Part shown: in pieces, positions 30,468 to 41,703 of the stretch
Layout: each line of letters starts with the position of its first letter
Numbering within the stretch: position 1 is the stretch's first letter
Assembly (NCBI GenBank): GCA_964016885.1
Contig: OZ024741.1
Coordinates: 402,814,001-402,878,000 of the forward strand
DNA from: Eledone cirrhosa
Taxonomy: Eukaryota
DNA length: 64,000 nt
Direction of reading: 5' to 3'
The notes under the pieces: generated by a model
The model's input: the letters and a program-made list of their open reading frames with translations, nothing else
The model's database searches: none
What the model was told of the DNA's origin: nothing
Program-made: the position numbers and the translations under genes

Positions 30468-32207
30468 GATGTTGGGAGTTAAAAACAATCCCTCTAAAAC
30501 TGTGGTGTCACATTTAATACAGAGATGTTGGGAGTTAAAAACAATCCCTCTAAAACTGTGGTGTCACATTTAATACAGAGATGTGGGGAGTTAAAAATAC
30601 TCCCTCTAAAACTGTGGTGTCACATTTAATACAGAGATGCTGGGAGTTAAAAACAATCCCTCTAAAACTGTGGTTTCACATTTAATACAGAGATGTGGGG
30701 AGTTAAAAACAATCCCTCTAAAACTGTGGTGTCACATTTAATACAGAGATGTGGGGAGTTAAAAACTATCCCTCTAAAACTGTGGTGTCACATTTAATAC
30801 AGAGATGTGGGGAGTTAAAAACAATCCCTCTAGAACTGTGGTGTCACATTTAATACAGAGATGTGGGGAGTTAAAAAACAATCCCTCTAAAACTGTGGTG
30901 TCACATTTAATACAGAGATGTGGGGAGTTAAAAACAATCCCTCTAAAACTGTGGTGTCACATTTAATACAGAGATGTGGGGAGTTAAAAAACAATCCCTC
31001 TAAATCTGTGGTGTCACATTTAATACAGAGATGCTGGGAGTTAAAAACAATCCCTCTAAAACTGTGGTGTCACATTTAATACAGAGATGCTGGGAGTTAA
31101 AAACAATCCCTCTAAAACTGTGGTGTCACATTTAATGCAGAGATGTTGGGAGTTAAAAAACAATCCCTCCAAAACTGTGGTGTCACATTTAATACAGAGA
31201 TGTTGGGAGTTAAAAACAATCCCTCTAAAACTGTGGTGTCACATTTAATACAGAGATGTGGGGAGTTAAAAACAATCCCGCTAAAACTGTGGTGTCACAT
31301 TTAATACAGAGATGTGGGGAGTTAAAAACAATCCCTCTAAAACTGTGGTTTCACATTTAATACAGAGATGTGGGGAGTTAAAAACAATCCCTCTAAAACT
31401 GTGGTGTCACATTTAATACAGAGATGTGGGGAGTTAAAAACAGTCCCTCTAAAACTGTGGTGTCACATTTAATACAGAGATGTGGGGAGTTAAAAACAAT
31501 CCCGCTAAAACTGTGGTGTCACATTTAATACAGAGATGTGGGGAGTTAAAAACAATCCCGCTAAAACTGTGGTGTCACATTTAATACAGAGATGTGGGGA
31601 GTTAAAAACAATCCCTCTAAAAGTGTGGTGTCACATTTAATACAGAGATATTGGGAGTGAAAAAACAATACCTCTAAAACTGTGGTGTCACATTTAATAC
31701 AGAGATGTGGGGAGTTAAAAACAATCCCTCTAAAAGTGTGGTGTCACATTTAATACAGAGATGTTGGGAGTTAAAAATACTCCCTCTAAAACTGTGGTGT
31801 CACATTTAATACAGAGATGTGGGGAGTTAAAAATACTCCCTCTAAAACTGTGGTGTCACATTTAATACAGAGATGTGTGGAGTTAAAAACAATCCCTCTA
31901 AAACTGTGCTGTCACATTTAATACAGAGATGTGTGGAGTTAAAAACAATCCCTCTAAAACTGTGGTGTCACATTTAATACAGAGATGTGGGGAGTTAAAA
32001 ACAATCCCTCTAAAACTGTGGTGTCACATTTAATACAGAGATGTGGGGAGTTAAAAACAATCCCTCTAAAACTGTGGTGTCATATTTAATACAGAGATGT
32101 GGGGAGTTACAAACAATCCCTCTAAAACTGTGGTGTCACATTTAATACAGAGATGTGGGGAGTTAAAAACAATCCCTCTAAAACTGTGGTGTCACATTTA
32201 ATACAGA

Positions 32208-32547
32208 GGCACATGGCTTAGTGGTTAGAGCATTGGCCTTGCAATCGAAAGGTTGTGAGTTCAATTCTCAGACCGGGTGATGTGTTGTTTCCTTGAGCAA
32301 GACACTTTATTTCACATTGCTCCAGTTTACTCAGCTGTAGAAATGAGATGATAGGGACTGGGGTTCCTATCATTCCACTGCAAAGTGGTCGTGGAGGTGC
32401 CACAGCAAAAAAGTACCCAGTACTCACTGTAAATGAGGTTGGTGTTAGGAAGGGCATCCAGCTGTAGAAATCAAGCCAGAATCAGTTCCTGTCCCACCCT
32501 TGCAAGCAGGGAAAAGAGGACGTAAAATGAAATGATGATGAAATGAT
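32208..32547 (+). mobile_element. satellite-embedded SINE, copy 9
   Basis: Same element and insertion point; private changes GGGGTTCCTATC and AAGTACCC. Confidence 0.9.
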
Positions 32548-33953
32548 GATGTTGGGAGTTAAAAACAATCCCTCTAAAACTGTGGTGTCACATTTAATAC
32601 AGAGATGTGGGGAGTTAAAAACAATCCCTCTAAAACTGTGGTGTCACATTTAATACAGAGATGTGGGGAGTTAAAAACAATCCCTCTAAAACTGTGGTGT
32701 CACATTTAATACAGAGATGTGGGGAGTTAAAAAACAATCCCTCTAAAACTGTGGTGTCACATTTAATACAGAGATGTTGGGAGTTAAATACAATCCCTCC
32801 AAAACTGTGGTGTCACATTTAATACAGAGATGTGGGGAGTTAAAAAACAATCCCTCTAAAACTGTGGTGTCACATTTAATACAGAGATATTGGGAGTTAA
32901 AAACAATCCCTCCAAAACTGTGGTGTCACATTTAATACAGAGATGTGGGGAGTTAAAAAACAATCCCTCTAAAACTGTGGTGTCACATTTAATACGGAGA
33001 TGTGGGGAGTTAAAAAACAATCCCTCTAAAACTGTGGTGTCACATTTAATACAGAGATGTTGGGAGTTAAAAACAATCCCTCTAAAACTGTGGTGTCACA
33101 TTTAATACAGAGATGCTGGGAGTTAAAAACAATCCCTCTAAAACTGTGGTGTCACATTTAATACAGAGATGTGGGGAGTTAAAAAACAATCCCTCCAAAA
33201 CTGTGGTGTCACATTTAATACAGAGATATTGGGAGTTAAAAACAATCCCTCCAAAACTGTGGTGTCACATTTAATACAGAGATATTGGGAGTTAAAAACA
33301 ATCCCTCTAAAACTGTGGTGTCACATTTAATACAGAGATGTGGGGAGTTAAAAACAATCCCGCTAAATCTGTGGTGTCACATTTAATACAGAGATGTGGG
33401 GAGTTAAAAACAATCCCGCTAAAACTGTGTTGTCACATTTAATACAGAGATGTGGGGAGTTAAAAACAATCCCTCTAAAACTGTGGTGTCACATTTAATA
33501 CAGAGATGTGGGGAGTTAAAAACAATCCCTCTAAAACTGTGGTGTCACATTTAATACAGAGATGTTGAGAGTGAAAAAACAATCCCTCTAAAACTGTGGT
33601 GTCACATTTAATACAGAGATGTGGGGAGTTAAAAACAATCCCTCTAAAAGTGTGGTGTCACATTTAATACAGAGATGTTGGGAGTTAAAAATACTCCCTC
33701 TAAAACTGTGGTGTCACATTTAATACAGAGATGTGGGGAGTTAAAAATACTCCCTCTAAAACTGTGGTGTCACATTTAATACAGAGATGTGTGGAGTTAA
33801 AAACAATCCCTCTAAAACTGTGGTGTCACATTTAATACAGAGATGTGTGGAGTTAAAAACAATCCCTCTAAAACTGTGGTGTCACATTTAATACAGAGAT
33901 GTGGGGAGTTAAAAACAATCCCTCTAAAACTGTGGTGTCATATTTAATACAGA

Positions 33954-34293
33954 GGCACATGGCTTAGTGGTTAGAGCATTGGCCTTGCAATCGAAAGGTT
34001 GTGAGTTCAATTCTCAGACCGGGTGATGTGTTGTTTCCTTGAGCAAGATACTTTATTTCACATTGCTCCAGTTTACTCAGCTGTAGAAATGAGATGATAG
34101 GGACTGGGGTCCCTATCATTCCACTGCAAAGTGGTCGTGGAGGTGCCACGGCAAAAAAGCACCCAGTACTCACTGTAAATGACGTTGGTGTTAGGAAGGG
34201 CATCCAGCTGTAGAAATCAAGCCAGAATCAGTTCCTGTCCCACCCTTGCAAGCAGGGAAAAGAGGACGTAAAATGAAATGATGATGAAATGAT
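33954..34293 (+). mobile_element. satellite-embedded SINE, copy 10
   Basis: Same element. Shares CCACGG and AATGACGTTGG with copies 6-8 but not their other variants. Confidence 0.9.
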
Positions 34294-34940
34294 GATGTTG
34301 GGAGTTAAAAACAATCCCTCTAAAACTGTGGTGTCACATTTAATACAGAGATGTTGGGAGTTAAAAACAATCCCTCTAAAACTGTGGTGTCACATTTAAT
34401 ACAGAGATGTGGGGAGTTAAAAATACTCCCTCTAAAACTGTGGTGTCACATTTAATACAGAGATGTGGGGAGTTAAAAACAATCCCTCTAAAACTGTGGT
34501 TTCACATTTAATACAGAGATGTGGGGAGTTAAAAACAATCCCTCTAAAACTGTGGTGTCACATTTAATACAGAGATGTGGGGAGTTAAAAACAATCCCTC
34601 TAAAACTGTGGTGTCACATTTAATACAGAGATGTGGGGAGTTAAAAACAATCCCTCTAAAACTGTGGTGTCACATTTAATACAGAGATGTGGGGAGTTAA
34701 AAAACAATCCCTCTAAAACTGTGGTGTCACATTTAATACAGAGATGTGGGGAGTTAAAAACAATCCCTCTAAAACTGTGGTGTCACATTTAATACAGAGA
34801 TGTGGGGAGTTAAAAAACAATCCCTCTAAAACTATGGTGTCACATTTAATACAGAGATGTGGGGAGTTAAAAACAATCCCTCTAAAACTGTGGTGTCACA
34901 TTTAATACAGAGATGCTGGGAGTTAAAAACAATCCCTCTA

Positions 34941-36420
34941 GTCCCACCATTCCAGATGCTTTCAACATATCAGCAACTATCTCCAAAGGCCCAGCTGCCT
35001 TCCATGTCTTCATATCTTTGATTGCCTTACTTATTATACTACCATTAACTTGCACAGCTGGTCCTTATATTGGATCGATTTGGGGTAGACTATCTTTTCC
35101 CCATTTATTCTTCTCATTTAGTAGTCTCTTGTAGTGACACTGCCAGGCGATCTTCTTATCAGTATCAGTGAGGGCAAGTACACCTCATCATTACGGCCAC
35201 ACTTCACCCCGACAATATCACAGTTTTCCTTGACGCATTCTCTCGCAATCCTGAACACCTCACATTTTTAGTTCTCGCGTTGTAGAACATGCTTGAACTT
35301 TCTATCCTCTGTTTCTCTTCAAGCAAAGTACACTTGTCACCTAGCTTCTCTCCTAGCCACCTGATAGTGTTCTCTACTTCCCCCACCCCACCATTCTTTC
35401 CAAGCCTGCTTTTTGGCCTTGATTGTCTCCTCCACCTTACTGTTCCACCACCAAGTTACTCTCCTCCTGCCAATAGGCCTGCTCCAACCACAGATTTCAT
35501 CTGTCACCTTCAGCAGGTTAACTTTCAGGAATTCCCCCTGTTCCTCTATATTGTACATCTCTAATTGCTCTTCCTTACTGTCAAAAGCATTAAGTAATAT
35601 GCTTTTAAATTTGTTACTGGCTATGGGGTCCTTCAACTTCTATATTCTTCTCCTCAAAGTAGTCCTCCTCTGTCGTCGAGTACATCTAGTCCTGACTATG
35701 AGGTCACTAACTATGAGGCTATGTTGGGAGGTGCATTCTTCACAAGGGAGGGGCTTAGTGTTTACAACAGAGACTCTGTCACGTCTTCTAGTAAGGATAA
35801 AATCTATCTGGCTGGTGTGTTCCCCTGATCTATAGGTGATCAAGTGATTGTCTCATTTTTTGAAGTTTGTGTTACAGATTGTTAGGTTATTAGCATCACA
35901 GAATTCCAGGATCCTCAAGCCTTCCTCATTTCTAGTACCAAACCCATAACCCCCATGGATTCTGTCATAGCCATCACAACGTTATCCAATATGACCATTA
36001 AGGTCACCAGCAATAATGTAGTCACTGTCGGTTATTTGGGAGGTAGTGAGCATTAGTGTCTCATAGAATATGTCTTTTATAACATCAGGTAGACCAGAGT
36101 GGGGTGCATAAGCGGATATTATTGTCACAGTAGTTCTATTTAGGACTAGTCTTATTTTAATTATTCTGTCATTCATTCTATTTATGGCAATTACCTTATC
36201 TACCCAATTTTCTGCTAACATAATTTCTATCCACCCAGTCCGTTGTTATTTCCCATCCAGAAAAGTTTATGGTATCATTTCTTGCCCACAATGAATCTAG
36301 TAGACCCACCCCTCCATGTGGTCTCTTGAACACAACAAACATCAACTCCCTTACGTTCAAGCATCTCTACAACCTCATTCAATGTGCCTATGTTCATGGT
36401 ACCAACTCTGAAGTTTAGGA
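34941..36420 (-). mobile_element. decayed RTE-type LINE: AP endonuclease plus linker, cut off at the start of RT by the satellite
   Basis: Minus-strand peptides FRVGTMNIGTL, IISAYAPHSG, IIAGDLNGHIG, SQIDFILTRR, SQHSLIVSDL, TWWWNSKVEETIKAKK and KAAGPLEIVADMLKASG; several stops and frameshifts. Confidence 0.88.
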
Positions 36421-36920
36421 GTTCACTGGGAGGGAGGAAGGGATGGGATGAGGTAACAGGGAGGGGAGTGGGAGATGGAATTATGTTGGTCTTGGTCTTC
36501 CATGTCTGAAATAAAGAGGAGTGTTTGCATGCTCATCCTGAGATGGGAGGTGAATCTACGTTTGTCATTGTGAGTGCTCAGACCCTCCATCTCTGTAGTC
36601 CATCTTACTGAACAACAACCAGCTCTAAACTTAAGAAATAGTGGCTTTGTAATAGAGATTTGTGATAGAAACCTTAACATAAACCGCTGAGTTTTGATTG
36701 GACCAAATAACTATGGCGGTGAGTGGAGGTGGGTAGGAATTTAATGGGTAACTTTCGGAGATGAAAGCATACTTTTCAAACTAGTGAAACATAAAAAAAT
36801 AATAATAAATATGGACAGAATGAAATTCTGAGAGAAAGAAGTTAATTCTAGAACAATCTATACAAACTGGAGATGAAAGCATACTTTTCAAACTCATCAA
36901 ACATAAAATAATAATAATAA

Positions 36921-36975
36921 ATCATCATCATCATCATCGTTTAACGTCTATCTTCCACGCTAGCATAGGTTAGAT
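36921..36975 (-). mobile_element. short 3' tail fragment of a (GAT)n-tailed SINE/RTE element
   Basis: (CAT)n followed by CGTTTAACGTCTATCTTCCACGCTAGCATAGGTTAGA; the same tail occurs at 51420-51480 and 52903-52966. Confidence 0.7.
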
Positions 36976-37211
36976 GGTAATGTATATATATATACATAAA
37001 TAACATTACAAATATGTTTTCAATATATATATATGTACATATAACATTACAAATTACTCATAATTCTTTCAGAATAACATTACAAATATAATGTCATTGA
37101 TAAACACAAATATAAACACATATAATAAATACAACCATTGCCAGGAACCTCACAAAAACCATGCAACAAAATATATGACCAGAGCAAGAGAAAATATTTA
37201 TGTTTCACATA

Positions 37212-37268
37212 TTCTAACCTATGCTAGCATGGAAAACAGACGTTAAACGAAGATGATGATGATGATGA
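37212..37268 (+). mobile_element. short 3' tail fragment, inverted relative to 36921-36975
   Basis: TCTAACCTATGCTAGCATGGAAAACAGACGTTAAACG followed by (GAT)n. Confidence 0.7.
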
Positions 37269-37529
37269 TATGTTGATGGAGTTCCCTTTTCACATAGAGT
37301 TAGATTCTTCATCATCATCATTTTTACATCCGTTTTTCCACGCTTGCATGGGTTTGATGGGTCCTTCATTTCTCTACAGCCTACACATGTCCTCTGCAGT
37401 CACAGTCCATGTTTTATTTCCATGCAGCATCACACTTTGCACACAGGTATCATACAGTCTACTACTTTGATGCTAAACTCTGCCAGTTGCAGACTACACA
37501 TCAACATGAGATATTTTTCTCCACAAAAT

Positions 37530-38920
37530 TCGATCACCAGCAGCAGAGTTCAAAGAGCAAAGACCAAGTCCAGTCCATAAGTTGACATTGTCAAGCCATT
37601 TGTGTTTGGCTGCCAGCCTCTGCTTCTCTTACCAGCCAACCTTCCTTCCAGGCATAACCTACTCACACCACGAGTTGATCTTTTTATATGACTATGATTT
37701 GAGTACTCTTGACTTGACAATTGATGTAATTGGTTTAAGTCTGGTAATGTTGAGCAGCTCACTGATACAGATATGGTTGCTGAGCCACTTGCCAGTCATA
37801 AGTCTCATGATGTGGTTCTGGAATGTAGAGAGCTTCTGGTGTGACCTTGTCATCCAATTAACACAATCAAGACCATATAACACAGCTGGTAGGATGTAAG
37901 TATCAAAGATTTTAGCCTTCAAATGATAGGAAACTCATTTTGATGTTAGTACTTCCTTGTTCTTGATGAAGGCTGACCAACCCAGAGCGATTTGATTCTG
38001 TGCAGCAAACATTCCATTGCTGTTTAATGATAGTTTGTGACTGAGATATACAAACTCTGTAACTTGAGCAATTTGCTGGTTGTAGATTGTGATTGGCAGA
38101 TTGGCATTGTTTTTATCAGTTGTCATACATTTTGTTTTGGAGATGTTGATGTGTAAGCCAGCCTCCAGTGAATGTTTGGCCAGTATATACAGAATGTATT
38201 GCAGATCAGTTCTAGAGTAACTCATGATGGCCAGATCGTCTGCATAGCTAAGATTTGATAGGATTTTACCTCCTATTTGATAGCCAGAGGAGCATTCTTC
38301 TTCAGTTTGGTAAATAAGTGCAGCTATAACTATACAGAAAAGAAGTACTGATAGTACATCCCTCTGCTTAACTCCCTTCAAGATGTCTATATAGCATGTA
38401 GTTGCCAAATCTGTTTTGATATATGCTGTTGAGTTGGTGTGAGTTTCTTTCAGTAGGTTGATGTATTTCTTGTCAGAGTCTTCATCAGATTGCAAAGCTG
38501 AAAAATGGTTTTGCAACTCGAGTTTCAATATGGCTTCCTGTTTTGTTACATGAGAGTTAACTTTCAATGGTATTTCAGTTCTTTGTGGCCAAACAAAGTT
38601 GATGCGAAATCTTGTGCACACCATACGATGGTCAGGTATATCAGGAGTGTTAAGAGCAGTCCTGTCTAATATGCTTAGTCTTGCTGAAGATTTCTTGCTA
38701 TTATAAAGTCTATTTGATTCTTAGTTATATTGTCTTGTGATATCCAAGGGAACAGGTTTTTCTTTTGAAATATTGTGTTGGTGATCTGCATATTGTTCCT
38801 TGTACAAAATTCGGCTAGAAGCTCAACTCTCGAATTAAATGTACCTGTGGTATATTTCCCAATACTTGATGAGAATGATTCGTTCAGTTGCCCACTTTTA
38901 GAGTTAAAGTCACCCCTCAT
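37530..38920 (-). mobile_element. decayed RTE-like LINE (second family), EN C-terminus fused to mid-RT by an internal deletion
   Basis: GDFNSK, NQIDFIIARN and DHRMV (EN); KGVKQRDVLSVLLF, LSYADDLAIM and GLHINISKTK (RT); C-terminal KIFDTYILPAVLYG and LEGRLAGKRSRG. Confidence 0.85.
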
Positions 38921-38924
38921 ACAG

Positions 38925-39795
38925 TCATGCTTTTGTAAATAGTGAGAAACCTTTTGTTGTCAGCAGTGGGAGTAGCTCTCTAAACTGTTTCCATCCTATC
39001 CTTATTCTAGCTATTTTGCTCTCATAACACCCTCCTCTGTTGCTAATTAAGTCACCTAGACAGCAGAAGCTATTAACCACATCTATGGATCCTTCTTGTG
39101 ACTGGGAAAGGTTTATATCACTGACACTCTTCCCCTCGATTACCCCTGTACATCTTCTACATATAAAGTCTTCCCTTCCTGTTAGTATACTCATTATCCA
39201 ACAACATCTCTCATGTACCCAAGATTTACATTGTGTACATCGTATGGAGTTTATATCTACTTCTTTTTTACATATTGAGCAGAGCTACTCCCCTGAAGGA
39301 ATCAGGGTCTTTTCTTCTTTCCTACTCACAAGCACTTTAGTTTTGGCTAAGTTTACTCTTAGGCCTTTTGATTCCAAATTGTGTTTCTATAGGAACTTCT
39401 CTTGTAGATGTCTCACTAAAAAGAGGGCACCTGTGGTATTTTTCCCAGGCATGAAAGCAAACAATATCTCATCTAATTTGACTCTTAATTAGCTGTGCTA
39501 TATCTTTTTCTGTTACTTTCATAACTTGGTCCATTAGTTTTATTCCTCGATAGCTGCTCCTTTCTAGGGTATTATCTTTACCATTGTAGCAATTTATGTT
39601 TGTACTGCTGCACCAATCATTGGGTATGACTCCATCCTGTATTATCTGATTTTCTATGTGAGTTACTAGTTTGACTCCTACTTCTCCAGATGCTTCTATC
39701 ATCTCTGATGGTCACACAGCTTTACCATACTTCATCTCTTTGATTGCTTCTCTGACCTCTTATAATTGTCAACTTCAATAGCGGGTCCTTCTGTT
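38925..39795 (-). mobile_element. decayed RTE-type LINE RT fragment with a PHD-type finger; catalytic YADD region missing
   Basis: MIEASGEVG...IPNDW...SYRGIKLMDQVMKV, FMPGKNTTGALFLVRHLQEKF, LESKGLRVNLAKTKV, CSIC..CTQCKSWVHERC..CRRC and RIRIGWKQFRELLPLL. Confidence 0.85.
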
Positions 39796-40231
39796 GGCTA
39801 AATTCGGGTTGACATGTTTGTGGAGTTCTCTTTTCACACTGAGACAGATATGTTTAGAAGTGACTTTGACATATCTTCCCAGAGATCTCTCTTCCCATTA
39901 AGACTGATGTGTATATTTGACATATATTGAGTCATATGGAGTCCTCTTCAAACTATAGAACTCTAAGTAATGGATCATATTGATGAATAAAATGGATAAG
40001 AAAGTTATACATATATACATATAAATTTCAAAAATGGAATTAAAAACTTGTGTTAATCCCTTGTAATTTAATGGGCTCAATGAATAGATACTGGGCTCTT
40101 CATAATATCTGTAATTGAAAACATACCTGTTTGTGTTTTCTTCTTTATATACTCTATTATATATATATACATACATATATATATATATATACACAGTTGA
40201 AAATTGCAAACTTGACTGTCACCACACATTA

Positions 40232-40270
40232 TGAACCTGAAGATTGTGAAAGCATGAAAGTACTTGTTCA
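40232..40270 (+). ncRNA. minimal type-I hammerhead ribozyme motif
   Basis: Stem I TGAAC/GTTCA; core CTGAAGA; short stem II (TGT-GAAA-GCA with a T-T closing mismatch); GAAA; palindromic stem III AGTACT; CUU cleavage triplet. Confidence 0.65.
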
Positions 40271-40472
40271 ATTAACACTTAGAATTTAATATTCTATCAT
40301 ACTATTTCATTATAATACCATTATATATATTTTAAAGGATTGTAAATAAAACGAGTAAATCAGACAAAGTTGGAATTCCTCTTATTAATATAATCTTCTA
40401 TACACAATCATACACACCCGTGTATATTTACCTATCTATATCTATATCTATATATATATATATATATATATA

Positions 40473-40864
40473 TAGGAAAATGTTCAAGACCCCGATGGCA
40501 TATATGTTGTTTTTTCATATATGAGTGAAGTTTGGTTGGTTGATGCAGTCACATGAAAAAACAACCTGAGCCCCCTCCCCTTTGTTTGAAGAACTTTGTA
40601 ACACGAACTGGCGCGAAATTTATTATACTTATTCACCAACCAATCAAATTACTTCTCTAAAAACCTGGCGTTTCGAGCCACTTTTTTCCACATAAAACAA
40701 GTAACATTCAAAGACCAACCAGATGTGAGTAAAACCACAGACCCTCCATCTTAACTCTACTTTTGAAAAGCAGAACTGCGAAAGTGGTAAAGGAACCAAA
40801 TAAATGTATATATTTAAAAAAAAATAAGACTCCAGTTGCATTTTCGATTTCATCTTTTTTCCTA
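40473..40864. mobile_element. non-coding element between (TA)n tracts with short terminal inverted repeats (MITE-like)
   Basis: TAGGAAAA...TTTTCCTA ends, flanked by (TA)n on both sides; a related left end occurs at about 48915. Confidence 0.4.
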
Positions 40865-40911
<47 letters not shown>

Positions 40912-41066
40912 AATTAGTATATCTACTAACATATATATACAGATGCCAGCAAATATATAGGTTTTGTCTTAGTAACTTTGTGGTTCAATGCATGGGGATG
41001 CAGAACAATAATATGAAAGACGTAAAATAAGAAAATTATAAAAATTAACTTACTTACTAAAATTTC

Positions 41067-41148
41067 ACTCCAACTAATTAGTTTCTGAAAGGGAATAAAC
41101 ATAGTTTCCGAAGAAACGTACGGAGAAGCCTTTCGTCATCAGGGAAGT
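41067..41148 (-). ncRNA. type-I hammerhead ribozyme motif
   Basis: Reverse complement of 41622-41703. Confidence 0.6.
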
Positions 41149-41621
41149 CTATTCTCAGCTAAGTTTCCAGGCAAAGTGTGGACACAGGGAACTTATACAA
41201 AAATAATTCAGTGGATGGAAAAAAGCAAAGCGTGGACTAAGTTCCAAGCCATTGAAAAAATCACTGCCTACTGCGTCGGTGGCAAATTCAAAAGAATCAA
41301 TCACGTGACATCGAGGTTAATCAGTGGGGAGTGTTTTGTTAAGAAGACAGCAGCCGAACCATTACTATGAACTATAGTAGCAGTTTTGGCCAATTTTTGC
41401 TCGACAAAATAATTTGGAGATAATTATAAAGAATTAGTATATCTACTAACATATATATACAGATGCATACCTATGCCAGCAAATATATAGGTTTTGTCTT
41501 AGTAACTTTGTGGTTCAATGCATGGGGATGCAGAACAATAATATGAAAGACGTAAAATAAGAAAATTATAAAAATTAACTTACTTACTAAAATTTCACTC
41601 CAACAAATTAGCTGAGAATAG

Positions 41622-41703
41622 ACTTCCCTGATGACGAAAGGCTTCTCCGTACGTTTCTTCGGAAACTATGTTTATTCCCTTTCAGAAACTAATTAGTTGG
41701 AGT
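41622..41703 (+). ncRNA. type-I hammerhead ribozyme motif with long stem II
   Basis: TTCC-CTGATGA-c-GAAAGG...CCTTTC-a-GAAA-CTAATTAG-TT-GGAG. Palindromic stem III ACTAATTAGT, GUU triplet; the stem II closing pair is mismatched. Confidence 0.6.

Larger units (their letters stand above)
1..34940. repeat. 56-bp tandem satellite array, about 560 monomers, running off the left edge of the window
   Basis: Consensus GGAGTTAAAAACAATCCCTCTAAAACTGTGGTGTCACATTTAATACAGAGATGTGG recurs at 1, 57, 113 and so on. 57-bp variants have one extra A, and the variable site reads GATGTGG/GATGTTG/GATGCTG/GATATTG. The array ends abruptly at ...AATCCCTCTA (34940). Monomer count estimated from length. Confidence 0.98.

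Noticed and set aside
1-34940. CRISPR-like array or coding tandem repeat (ORFs such as MLGVKNNPSKTVVSHL...)
   Set aside because: Monomers are contiguous with no unique spacers and there are no cas genes. The 56-bp period is not a multiple of 3, and the ORFs arise only where variants remove stops.
39905-40105. Two further hammerhead-like relics on the minus strand (TTGAAGA-GGACTC... and ATGAAGA-GCCC...)
   Set aside because: The core C is mutated and GAAA is missing, so they cannot be supported as ribozymes.
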